A stretch of 64,000 nt of DNA, taken from positions 10,540,001-10,604,000 of the forward strand of contig OZ059894.1 of assembly GCA_964057225.1 (NCBI GenBank), written 5' to 3'. The translations under genes were made by a program, and so were the position numbers. This DNA is from Auanema rhodensis (lineage: Eukaryota; Animalia; Nematoda). The notes beneath the pieces are model-generated. The model searched no databases. It had not been told where the DNA came from and worked only from the letters and a program-made list of their open reading frames with translations. How positions within the stretch are numbered: position 1 is the first letter of the stretch; the number at the start of each line of letters is the position of its first letter. Shown piece by piece: positions 11,442-24,579 of the stretch.

Positions 11442-14400
11442 GGGAGCATTGCTGGCGGTCTGAGTTTTGGACGACCGGAGAAAAATAATATAATAATCCG
11501 ATCTTTTGAGTCTGTAACTATCATATCTTCAATATGAAGAAACATGCATATGTTTAAATATATATGATGAGTTCAAAGAAAATAAGCGAAACCATGAGGA
11601 AACAAAAAAAGTTAAAATAAGGGAACAACCATTCTATGAAGCACTCGACGTTAGTGACGTGAGCATTAGTCTGAATATTGCTAAGATATTAGGGCATGTG
11701 CATCCATATGAATATATTTAAATGTATTAAAGAACGACATAGCTCATATAATTATGATTAAAAAAAGAAAAAAATAGAATTAATGAATCAAGTTTACATG
11801 AAATATCACGAAGCGCTTTGTTTTTGAAACGTGAATGGGTCATTCCAAAACCTATTTCCAGCGTTATTGGTATGGGGATTCTTGAGCCACCATGCTCATT
11901 TCCGTTCACGTAATTAGAAAGCTAGTCTGACCTTTTTAGAAAGAAGAAAGACAAGTTACTTAGAAACGTTAACTATACTACAAACTAGAAGTGTTGAAGT
12001 TATACTTTCAGAAAATGTAGGTACAATAAATTAATGTTTCAAAAAATGAAAGACAAATATGGGAAAAAGCAAGTAGATCAAGGCATATCAATCATAAAAT
12101 GTAGATATGGTACTCTTCTTTGAATTAATTACGTTTGATGTTAAAAGTTTTCGATCATATTTCTTCTTTTTTTCTTCTAATAAGCCTCAATAAGAAATGC
12201 TGGTGGTGATGATGACGAAAGAACAAAAAGAAAAAGAAAAAGATAATTAAGAATATTCCGTCTAATGCTTGAGGGCATATGATTCCGCAAGCCAAATTGC
12301 AATTTTCAATTCTTTAGATTCTTTTAAAGTACTTGTAGGGTTCATTACAATTTCTTTAATTTATCATATGAAGCCGATATTGTTAGAAAATTCGATCAAA
12401 TTTCTAATGAGAGTTAGTGTTGTTGGGGGGAAGAGAAACAAAAAAACGCTAAGTTGGAAAAATTGTAAGCAAATGTCAGACTAAATTGTCAAAATGTAAA
12501 GATACGGCGGAAATTAATACATGAAAAAGTCTCAAATAGTGGTGTGTATACGTGTGTATGTGTGTGTGTCTTCTATATGTGTGTGGTAAATTTACTTAGA
12601 CTGAATGAACGCTGATGCATCTGACAGGCCATAGAGGGATCCTCTGGAATTATAATAAGCATAGAATTGGACTAAAAATTGCTGAAAGGGACAAGCATTA
12701 AGTTCTGAGAGAATTGGCGTCTGCATGCTTTTACTGTGAGAGATTAATAAAACGAGAGAAGAAGCACAATTGAAGCATGAAATGGACAGGAGGGTCCACA
12801 AGCTGCCACCTAGCATCATATCCGTTTATGTACCATCATATGAATAGAAAGAAAAACACCAAATAGCCTGTTGTTAGAAGGGATATAATAGGAACGCATC
12901 TGAAGATGACATCTTCTAGAACTGTCCGGTAACATTTTACTTTTTTAAGAAAAAAATCTGAAAATTTCCGAGAAAGAAGGGAACCAGGAGGAAGAGATGT
13001 TACTTCCCCGGGGGCAACGGCCATATATGTATACTTATACTCTGGAATTCATTTGAAAAAACTTTGGAAATAAAACTTCATATTGAATGTGGAACTTCAA
13101 TGGGATTGTAGTTTCCATAATTATATGAACTACTCTACATGAAATATATAAATTTAACCGAATGAACAGATAAAGAAAATCAATTTAATTTTAAATTTAT
13201 AATTTTGTCTTGAAAGTGAAGAGTAGCTAGTAAACTAAGCAATGAATGAGCAGAAAATTCCACGTCGAAAACGTCTGCTGAGGGAAGTTTTGCTCTTCTT
13301 TTTCGTTTCCAGCATAGTAATTCAGAACGAAAATGAAGAGAGAAAGGGTCACAGAGACGAACGACGAGCAAGAAAGGAAAATGAAGAGTAAAAGGGGATG
13401 GAACAAGAGGCGGGAGGTAGACGAAAATAAATTAATTAGATGTCAATTTATAAGAAAATAAGGTGAAAACTCAGATATATTAACATGTTGGCATATTATC
13501 ATTGCAATATTTTCTTTAGATTTAAGAAATATTTTTCAACTTCTAGCTCATTAATATACTTTAAACTTCTATAAAATGCCTTTTCTTAACGTTCTTATGT
13601 CAGGAAAAGAAAGACTGAAAATACGAATATAGAAGAGAAATGAGAGAGCAAGCAACGTTTTCACAACCTCTCTCTCTCTCTCTATAAATAGTAAATGTAA
13701 CCTTAAGAGTCAAAAAATACGGGAATCTTGATAAAATTCTGAAGCTGTTACTGATTATACGAAATCGTATACCGAATATTTTGAAAGCGCTTACTATAAC
13801 GAGTAGTATTGAAGTCAAAGAATTATTAATCAAAAAAATATTCAAGAAAAAAACGTGCTGAATGCTAATTACAATGATTATTCTCGCTCGACAAATGATA
13901 ATAAATAATTCTTTTTTTTTTGTTAGCCAAACGTAAGAAATCTCAATATTTCTATTTTTCATTCTCGTTTGCTTTAATTTTAGTCTAATATACGTACTTC
14001 TTCTGTATCCACAAAGTGACGAAGTTCTGATATGACTAGAAATGAAAATAGCAACTGAGCATCTTCTTCGAGAAAGACAGAAAGATGTCGAGCCGAGTTA
14101 GTTGCTAATAAATTTATGAGGCATCGATGCAAGTCCAATCCATCCAGTCACTCTTCGCTTCTTGCCAGTGACCAGGCAAAGATCCGAGTAGGATAATATA
14201 AAGATAGGGCATTCGAAGATATTATTTCGAGTTCAATTAGAATTGGAAGAAATATATACTAGAGAATTCAAAACAAGATGCCGAAAACGCTGTTTCAATA
14301 TTAGAATGAGAAATTGAACAATTGACGCAATGGGTGAAGGTTGGACTATAATAGCTCTCATGCTCAATCTTTTATTCTCTAAATTATTCCTTGCTGCTGC

Positions 14401-15395
14401 TTCATACCTTAATTGGCATGTTCTCAATCCATAGAGCTCATTATTTCGAGCCTTGTAGTGAGAATAAAGTGTAGAAAAAAATTGTTCACCCCTTAGGCGT
14501 TATAGTTACACATTTCAATTAAAATTGTTGAAATATTATTAGAAAAATAATAATTCAACCTGTATATTAGCATTTAAGCGATTATAAGCCAATATTCCCT
14601 TTTTTTCCAAAAGAAATCTTGAAAATTAACAAATTCTTTGCTAAATTTCATTTTACTGTTAATACAGCTTTTACAGATTACATAGCAACTTGGATTGAAA
14701 TTTTCATTTGTATCATGAAATTTTGGTCTTCTTTCATCTACTATGATACCCAATTGAGACCAGTTGTTCGAACGGTAATTCTTCTTTTAGCGGTAGAAAA
14801 AGAAAAAAAGTCTTATCAACGCGGAAACTTTGAAGCATAGTTAATTAATCTTTGATAAACCATTACATTCTTAGAAAAAGATTGGTTCATGTAATTATTA
14901 CTGTCATTGCTGTAACAAAAGAAAAATAAAACCATTCTAGTAAAAATACTGAGATCCATGGCTATCAGTCATTTCATCTTTAACAAAGTTGTTTTCCCTT
15001 TTTTGTAATATTGGCATCAACGACCAATTATTTGATTCTCTTTTATTAATGATGAAGCACATTAAGAAAATATTGTTTCATAACCTTGAGAAAAAACTGA
15101 CGAATTATTATATTTTCAAAGTTTCAATGTTTGATCATCATGGAAAAAAGATTTGATACAAGCTTAGAGCAAGCAAATCAAACGGAAGGAGTGTCAATAT
15201 TTTTAAGAGCATTACAAGCTTATGAATAACCCATGCAATGAATAATATTTTCTCCAAAATAACTCCTTCGGACAAATGTCATACGATACGGTATACGTTG
15301 CGTACTCTGTTTTAGTGTTAACGTTGATAAAGCATTTTTTTTGGCTTATTGATTATACATTATTGCTGCAATTTATTCAATTATTTAAGAAAAGA

Positions 15396-15888
15396 ATGGC
15401 TTGTGCCCGAATGTTCACAGCTCTAGGTCGTGTTGGAAATGTTTTGGCAACAAAACCTATGACCAGTTTTTCTAGACCAAGTCTAATTTCAAAGAGTCAA
15501 TACTGTACCGGTAGTGAACTCATTTTTGATGTTCAGTCAGTGGATGATTTTAATGAGAAAGTAATTAACTCTCCTACTCCTGTTCTTGTAGATTTTCACG
15601 CCGACTGGTGTGGTCCATGTCGTGTGCTCGGCCCTCGCCTTGAAGAAAAGGTTTGGTAGAGCATATACCGTTTGGAAGCAAACAGAATTTCAGGTTTTGG
15701 GCCGCAATGGTGAAGTGTTAATGGCAAAGGTAAATGTTGATTATGCTGGAGAGCTCGCTATGGATTACCAAATTTCGGCTGTTCCAACTATAATCTTTTT
15801 CAAAAATGGAGAGCCATTATCACAGTTCGCTGGTGTATTAGAGGATAATGAGATCGACGAGTTCATTGATCATGCTATAAGCAATTGA
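15396..15888 (+). CDS. trx-2: Mitochondrial thioredoxin (exons 15396-15650, 15694-15888)
   Basis: Arg/Ser-rich transit-like N-terminus, [21 protein letters not shown] active site, ISAVPT cis-Pro motif. Confidence 0.93.
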
Positions 15889-16793
15889 ATGTATTATACC
15901 ATTACGAAGTATTATTGTTTTAGATTAGGATTTATTATAAAGAATAATATTATATTTGTACGTATACTTTTAAAAATATAATGGCATCATATTCGTACAA
16001 TTACCGTCATTAACTCTATTCGATTTTGAAATATTGTAGCTCAAAGAACAGAAGGACCGTTTCCGCCATACAAATTTTCCACATGCGAAGGTGGGAGCTG
16101 TAATGCAAACAAAAGAAGACATGAGTTACTAGAAGAATGAGGGCGATGATTGAGTGTGTTCGTGGTTCAACTCTGTCTCTTCTGTTCATCTTACCCTTCG
16201 TATGTGTCTAATCAGCAAATCTTACAATATTGATCTATCTCCGACATAAGCAAGGCTTGTTCCTACAGCTCAGAAGTTTTCCCTTCTGCTGCCTGATCAT
16301 GTTACGTGACTCATATCTTTAGTCTCATCAACAGCGAGTTCTAATTTACCTTCTTTCCGATAGCCTTGAAGTTCATTTGTAAGGAACTGTCCTCTTCTTT
16401 ATCGTCGCCGTCATTGAAACTCGTGTTTACCATTTACTAGCGAAAAGTAGTGCACCTTACTCATTTCCATCGATGGAATGGTTGGCCAGCAGCCATTTTA
16501 TAGTCTATTGCAGTTACTTTCCTGGTTACTTCAGACAGCCCCCGCAGCTATTCTTATCTTCTCAAATTTTTATCTTTTTAAAAAGAGCAAAAACGATTAA
16601 TGGCCATTACTTCATGGATCAATTTTTGTTTCCTTTTTTGCTATGTATTTTCTGTATTTAGCTTTTCTGAATTTTTTTAACGTTCTTTGCATATCTATAG
16701 TTTTACTTTTCTTTAAGACCTCTAAGTAGAAGAGAGGTTGTGCCAGTTGAAGATCTCTTAGTGACAGCTTCGCAGCTGTTACCACTATATGTT

Positions 16794-19700
16794 ATGTGGA
16801 AAGATCCTATGACAAATCAAAACCCTTATATAATGACTCAACACATATCGGCTCAGGTATTTTTTTAGTTTACTTATTGAATAAATTTACTCTCTTTTAG
16901 ACAAATTATGTACCCGACTCTCCAGAAGTGCAAGTCCAATTTCGGAAACGAATGCCAAACCATCGAGGTATAACATACACCATGTCAATACCCATTTTCA
17001 ATATTCAAATTAAGTTTATTTTATTCTTCTCATGTTTTCGTATTCACAGGTGCTCAAAACAATGCCGCTAACAGACATTCATATCACGGTGGGTCAAGTG
17101 TTCCTGATATGTTCTATCAAGACCACCGGTATTCACATGCTCCAGTAGTTCCGGACGCTGCTCATCGAAATGTTCGTTTCTTCCTAATTTTTTTTCTTTT
17201 TCTTTCTTTCACCATAAATTTTCAATGAAATTGCCTTCCTTCTTTGTCTTGCGGACTGTCTCCCGATGAATGCTCATCTTCCGACGAGCCCTCTTTTCAT
17301 TTTATCTATTTCAATTGCAAAGAGCGGTTGGTCTCCACTGTCATTGGCATCTCACGAGCTATTTTGGGCATGAGCATTGTTGCGAAACTATTGGCATTTC
17401 ATTCCCTTGTTAATATAATTCAAGCATTCTTCCTATGAAACATTTGTTTTCGATGTGGAAAAGATGCAGCTTTGAAAGTTTTTTGCAAACGCCGTGAAGA
17501 ATGAATAGACTCCGCTTTTCCAGCTTTCACTCCTTGTCCATCTCTTCATCCCGTCTACTCACTATATATTCAATTCTATCGATTGGCCTCTACACCGTAC
17601 ATGTACATCGCGATCGACAGCTACATACAGCCGGAGGACCAGTCCTTTCGCCTCTCAGTCATCTCATCCTATTTTCTCTTTTTCTCTTGATTGCTCCTCT
17701 CACTCAGCGAACTGAGACAAACTGACATACACTCACACAGTTCGTACAACATCACATCTCCAATTTTAAAAAAATTAATTTGAAATCTTTAAAATAATTT
17801 TATACTTCATAGAAACACTATTCATGTGATCTTTATGTTACACACTATTATACAAAACCGGTTATTTTTTGTATATCCATTTAAAACACTGACTACTTGT
17901 GGCAAGTTATTGCCAACATGTGTTTTCTATTCTTTTCATCAGCTTTATGAATGGAGAATGTTTCCGACTGTCTTATTAATCGTCATAATTATCGGTCAAA
18001 TTGTTTACGGCACATTTACTTTCTTCTTCTATCTTTGCCACCAAGTGCAGCTGTTCACTCTCGGGTGTTCTAGTCAGGTTATTGATTACTTCTTTCGATA
18101 TGTGTGGGTCCTTTTGTTGTCATTCTCAATAAGCACACACATATACATACAAACGATGAAGTAAGAACCTCGTGCGCTTCTTTTGCTTTGTGTTATTTCT
18201 CGAAACTTTACATTTTACATCAACATAGTCATCATCTGCATCATGACGCCAACCGGCGACCACACGACGAGGATAGCGACCTAACGCCTAACAACCATCG
18301 CCAACCGCCGCTGCAAGCGACATACAATCAATAATATCTAACTTTTCCTCAATCATTTACCTGTTTTTTTATTTGGAATTTATTTTCCTTTGGTTCACCA
18401 TAGTACGCTGGCGAAATGTCAAATATTAGTCTCATCATCTGCGTTATAATAGCAAACGCTCAGATTTCATTGCGGTTCTCTTCTTTCTGTCAAGCCCACC
18501 CCGACGCAAATCCTTGCTCTATATTGATCCAAACCCGCTTCGGCTTAGTCACCCAACCTATTTTCCTAAATTGGCGATTTCATATCTGGGACCGGTAGCC
18601 ATATATCATTCTCATAATTTGATTACTCGATCATATCATTTCATTTCACATTGATTTTCGTTTATTTTTTCTTTTTAGTCTTTGTTTATTCCTCGTACAC
18701 AAGACGATAGGGAGCAGGGTCGATGCAATAGACAGCGTTATTCAGGAACTTTTGGATGTTAGTTTTTCGCCTCTGTCTCATATTCAACTATAAAAAAGTT
18801 TTTTAGTGTCACTAGCTGTTTTGCCTGAGAACGGAATGAGTTCCAACGATCCTATGCTGAATAAAAAGGCTGTAGTGGATACTATGCAGCAGGTTTATTT
18901 TTATTTCTTTAGTTTATTATAATTTTATGTTCGTAGGGTCCTGATATTCATGATAGTCCTAGAGAAGGTTCAATTGTTAGCGTGGCTTCAAATAAAAGAG
19001 ATGATGCTTCTCGCGGACCTCAGCACTCTATGGTTCCTCCAGGCGGTTAGATTGTAATACATCTATCTTTGTATGCACTTCTCTTATTTCAGGGTATCCG
19101 CTACAAGGACAAGTTTTAGTTGATCCATCAACTGGGCAACATTATTTAGTACCTCAGACAGCTTTCTATCAACCTTTACAACCTATGTATTATCCACCAC
19201 CTCAACCTGCTCCTATGTATTATCCCTACAACCAAGGAATGGCTCCACCACAGCAAGGTAAACTTTGTTTTTCCATTTTGTCATAAATATTTCTATTCTA
19301 AGGTTATGTTATGCCTTCTGGAACACAAATTCCCCAGAATGGATATCCCTTGGGTGTCCAGCAACACTCTACTTATTCAAATTCACAACGCCCTATGACT
19401 GCAACTGCTCCATATCGTCATGGTTATAGTCACGGTTTTTCATCCACTGATGATGTATCACGAAGAGATCTAGATGAACGTCGTTATGGTTCGTTTGCGG
19501 TGTTTATATGTTCTTAATCTAAACATCTGTAGAAGATCATCCTCCTCCATCACCAACATTGTCAGCAGCTCCTGGAAAACAGATGTTCTCTGGTGCTCCA
19601 TATCAACCTCCTATTACTTCATTCGCTCAGCAATTCCGGTTTTTCCTTGTTTTCAATCTGTCATAATAAATTAAATTTCAGTCAAAATCACTCTTATCCC

Positions 19701-22700
19701 GTTTCGACGGTGTCTGCCGGTACTAATGGCCCAAATGCCCGTACGAGTCCCAGCAGTCAGCCAGAAGACCCCGATTGTAGTAGAGACAATTTCAGGTATT
19801 TTTTCCACAATTTATTTTAAATTGCGTTGTTTTTAGAAGAGACGTTACTCGATCAAGTGCGGAATTCGCTGCCCGATCTTCAGGGGAATTTGTTCGCCAA
19901 GGTAGTGGAAGTTTCCAATTGAATGGGGAACAAGGTCCTCGTGTACACTCTGAAAGAACACCATTATATGGAGGTCCACCACAATGGTGGGGCCGGAACG
20001 GTGACATAGGAGATTCACTGACTGATGTGGAGAGGTATTTCATGCTTATATGATGTTTCTTCAATTGATATTTGCAGCAAGCGACCGATAAATCGTTCAC
20101 CTCCAGCTCAATCTACAGCATCTGATTCTGAAGCTATGCGACCTGCACAAACTATGCTTCATTCTCCAAGAGCTCCTGCAGCTAAACCTGTTCGTATGGA
20201 CTTTGATTTTAAGAAATCAACTAATGAACCAAAGAAAGAAAAACGTAAGTTATCTTCGATTTCAAATTATTTCATTGTGCTACGCTATCCTTTTCAATCT
20301 GCATGTTGCTTATTTTCTTGCTCTTGTGAAGTGTTGTGCTATTTAGCAGCTCCTTCCCGATCTGTGCGACTAGATTTCGACTTATCCAAACCTTTACCCG
20401 AAGAAGAAGAACTCAATGAACAGAAAAAAGGTTCCCGCGTGTTGCATGTTTTCTCTCTTGTCCCTTTGAATACAGAGATTATCATCTCTTTTTCAGCTGT
20501 ACCTAGAGCTCCGGGGACTGCATTTACTGTTTCATTCGATTCACCTGGAGAAGTTTCATTGCAAGATGCTGCCAGAAGATCGGCTCAAGTAATTTGACTA
20601 TTTACTTACTTTTTATATTTTTTTTTGTTTCAGGCTCGTAGAGCTCTTGGTAGACGAACAGAAGTGGTTCAAGCTGCTAACAATACTAGAGTTGAAAGTA
20701 CGGAGCAATCGAATCAAATTCCTGCTCCCTCAACTAATAAATCTTACTTACTCAACAAATTATTAGGTTAGCTTTCAATTTTTAAATATTTAAGTAAATT
20801 GAATTGTAGGCTCGAAAGACAGTAATAATGTTGCTGGTCCTGAAATCGTTGAAAGACATGACTGTGACGCTGTAAGTGAAGCTGGAACATTCATTATTGG
20901 TTCGTCAACATCTTTTATTTTATAATCTTGTCATTGAATCGAATTATAGATATTTCTACAAGACAAGGAAATGAGCGTAATATGCCTTCTCGTATTATAG
21001 AAGATTCAGATGATAACTCAACCGATAGTGATAGCGGGTCAGTTTTTATTAGCCTATAAAAAACTGAGAAACATATTTTAGATCCAGTCGAACTGCTTCA
21101 CCTCCAAGAACAACAACTCATATGCCGGTGTCGAGTGAAAGCAATAATGAAATGTTGAGAGAACTTTGTAAGCTGCGTCAAACTGCTATCGTTAAACCCT
21201 CCACCGCCCCAGGTTAAAGACTAAGTTATTAATTTCTTATCCCCATTATTGTTTTAGCCCCCGCTGTTCCACGTACACGGTTTGGTGATGTTTCTAGACC
21301 TTTTAGTCAATCAAGTACTACTCCTTTGGCGAAAAGGACCTCTCTTGGTTCAACACCAGCTACTCCAACGCCTCCTAGTTCTAGTCGGTCTGTATATGGA
21401 CAAGTTCACTCTCCCCGAGTAACACCTTCCTCAGCCTCTTCAACTGTTTCCTCTAATGCATTCAGGTCTTTTTTGTTGCACTTCTAATTTTTATTTCTAC
21501 TTATCAAAATATTATCCCAAATCAGTTAAATCATGCTTTAAACCCATTTTTTCATAGGAAGGGTAAACGATGCCAAAGTGAAACGTACGTAAGCTATATA
21601 TGGTCGTGCGTACATCAGCATGCCAATCTTTTCTTTTCGCTCAGATTTTTTTTCGTAAAGATGTGTTGCGCAATAGAAGCTTTCCTTTGCGTGTCTTTGC
21701 CCCTTTTTTTACTAATTTGAAATTATAATATAGCTTGCATGTTATAGCGCCTTGTGATGTAATTTGTTATTTAACAGAGGATGTGTTTGAAATGAAATAA
21801 CTTTCATTTGTTTTCAGAAGAGGTGATGGGGGCAGATTCTCTATGAGAGGAACTCCTGTTGTAGGAGGTGGTTCTAGTCCTCAAACAGCTCCAAAACGCC
21901 CACCTTTCCGAGCTGGTGCAGCTCCACTAAAATCAACAGTAATATTATTCTAAGTTACTGAAAGTAATATATATCATTTAGTGCGGAAGTCTTGCTCAAC
22001 AACGAGAACAGGAAATGACTGCATGGCTTCGTCGTAAAGATTATAATCCAATGAAAGCCGCAGCTGAAGCTAAGAAACAGAAAGAACAGCAAACGAGGTA
22101 GATACCCCGAGATTAAACTCTTGTTATATGCCCATTTAGCTTAACTAATATATCACCTAATGATAGTGATTCAGATAGGTTTGTTTCATATGTCGTACTT
22201 GTCACATAGTGTACTTCATTGCATGAATTCAGCCTTGTTCCTGAAAAAAAAAAGAAAACAGATTGTAATTTTTTGTGATTTTTTATGCAACCGGTTTGGC
22301 AAAGTATTTGGAACAAAATAAAAATCGTTCATTAGCATATTGCGTTCAAAACCAATTCGTTTCATATTTTTCATTATTTTTTCTTTCAGAGGAGATCAAT
22401 TTGTTTCCAATAGATCACTATCATTTCATGTTGGGCCTAATCCTGTAAAGGCAAGATTGGTATAACTATTCCCAATATTATTTAATAAATCTGCAACATT
22501 TCAGCCTGATTATGGCGAATTAACTCGCAATCGTTCTCAAGAATCTCTTGCTGTTGAGGATGCTGAACATGTGAGTTACAGTAGAGGAGAAAAAGATATA
22601 GCCTTTTCGAAAAATGTTTTTTTTTTTCAAAGAATTTAATTTTAACAAAATTGAAAAAAAAAAACTTTTAGCATGTTGAAAACAATGTTTTTGTTTTTAG

Positions 22701-23492
22701 TCATTTATTGATTAAAAGCTGTATCAAATTATATAATCAAAATTCCTAATCATAAATACAATCTCGATACTTCGTAGCTTACTCATGAGCTTCGATTACA
22801 TCTTATTAAATAAAGAATAATGTTATCTTATTAAATATCTTACTAAATAAAGAATAATGTTTCGCGATTAAGGCAAGTCAGCAAATTGTAGCAGAGTATT
22901 CTCGTGGAGTTGTTAAGAATTTGAATAGATTATCACAACAGAGTTCAAAAGCTACTGGAAAGGTATTTCTTTATTATTGGTTCATTTTATAATATGTAAT
23001 ATTTCAGCAACTCAGCGGTTTAGAACGAGCTGTAGATATGCTATCACAAAAATGCAAAAAAAGCATAGAATTAATAAGGTTATTGCTTAATCATAAAATG
23101 ATTCTTAAACTTGTCGTAATTTCAGATCTCAAAATAAAGGATGTCTATCTGTTTCGGTAGAAGATTTGTTGGCAGCTGCTGCTGAACCTCCCCGTGATGA
23201 TGAATCTTTAAATGAACAACTGGATCGTCTTTCGAACGCTTTTGATGCTGTTCAGAGATACCTGGAACAGTACTCGCTGGACGGTCATGAATCACCAATT
23301 CCCGAATTCTCAGAAGAAGCCGAAACAAACTCTATTATTAGTGGCTTCTCTGGATTCAAGTAAGCTGAATAATAGGTTATTCTTATTAATGTAAATGCTC
23401 ATTTTAGCTTAAAATCTCACCACCTCAAAACTCCTTCTGAAGTTACATCCACTAACGACAATGACTCAGATAGGACCCAATCATATCGCTAA
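16794..23492 (+). CDS. CEP170-like low-complexity protein without an FHA domain (more than 20 exons)
   Basis: Hand-spliced exons from MWKDPMTNQNPY to DRTQSYR*. Motifs in order: TPLYGGPPQWWG, AFTVSFDSPGEVSLQD, DAVSEAGTFII, WLRRKDYNPMKAAAEAK, then a helical C-terminal region. Gene existence is well supported; family assignment is moderate. Confidence 0.7.
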
Positions 23493-24119
23493 CTGGGAAA
23501 AAGCGATTAAATTCAAAATAATAATACATATTTTTTGACTTGAATATGCTGAAATCCTATTTTCTTAATATATTTAATATGCTCATTTAATGCCTTATAT
23601 ATTTTCATAAAAAATATTATGATAACTTCGGGTATAGAAGAAATAATAACCATATGTATGTGCCGATTTGTTTTTTAACTAGTCCATGAATCCTGATGAT
23701 TTGTGCATTTTAAATGCTAATGTAAATAAATTTTTTATTTTTTAAATTGTTTAAAATTGATTATTTAATACTTTAAAAGTCTTAAACAGATAAAAAACAG
23801 TCTTGATGGATAGTACCCAGTTGTTATCAAATATCAAAGTTGACGTAGAAATAATGTTCAAGGGCGAACGTTGTGTAAAATTGGTCCCACCACGGAGAGA
23901 ACCCTACCGTAATCTCAGTGTTGAGATCTATCATTTATGTGCAGTGTCCTACGTTTTTTGGTTGCTGAGTTATAAATTCTAATTACTCTTGTATATTTGT
24001 GTTGTTTTCTGCATTAAATTGTTTTCTAAATATGAATTATATCATAGTAAAGAACAAGTCTTGTTTTTGAGCGTTTAAGGTTAGAGAAGTATTAACTTTT
24101 CATTTTTAGGTGATTTAAC

Positions 24120-24435
24120 ATGCCTAAGCAAATTGCTGAAATCAAGGAGTTCCTTGTTAAGGCCCGCAGAAAGGATGCCCGCTCTGTTAAGATAAAGAAG
24201 AACAAGAGCAACACCAAGTTCAAGGTTCGCTGCAGCAAGTACTTGTACACCTTGGTCGTTTCTGTGAGTTTTTAAATGCTTTTTTTCGGAATATTCTTAT
24301 TTCGAGAACATTCTCGATTGATGTTCATTCATACTTGTATTACGTGTCTAACTTTGTGTTTTATAGGACAAGGAAAAGGCTGACAAGCTCAAGCAATCTC
24401 TTCCTCCCGGCATCCAAGTCAAGGAGCTCAAGTAA
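24120..24435 (+). CDS. rpl-38: 60S ribosomal protein L38 (exons 24120-24263, 24367-24435)
   Basis: [70 protein letters not shown]; TTTTAG trans-splice-like acceptor about 10 nt before the ATG. Confidence 0.98.
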
Positions 24436-24579
24436 ATTGTTGACATGTTGTTATTTGGCATGATAATAAATGTATCAGGTCATATATCTTTATTCTCTCA
24501 TATATTTTATATATTTATGGAATGCATGAGCATCAGTTCAAACATAGAAATCACTATAAACACCCGTTAAAATATGGAA

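Noticed and set aside
11727-15275. Short ORFs between the Ly6-type gene and trx-2
   Set aside because: No recognisable protein content or consistent splice chain; treated as intergenic.
17244-18598. Plus-strand ORFs in the large intron of the CEP170-like gene
   Set aside because: The flanking exons join in frame without them and the composition is intron-like; an alternative first exon cannot be excluded.
22800-22862. Local duplication of TCTTA.TAAATAAAGAATAATGTT
   Set aside because: Simple AT-rich intronic slippage; not a CRISPR array or transposon.
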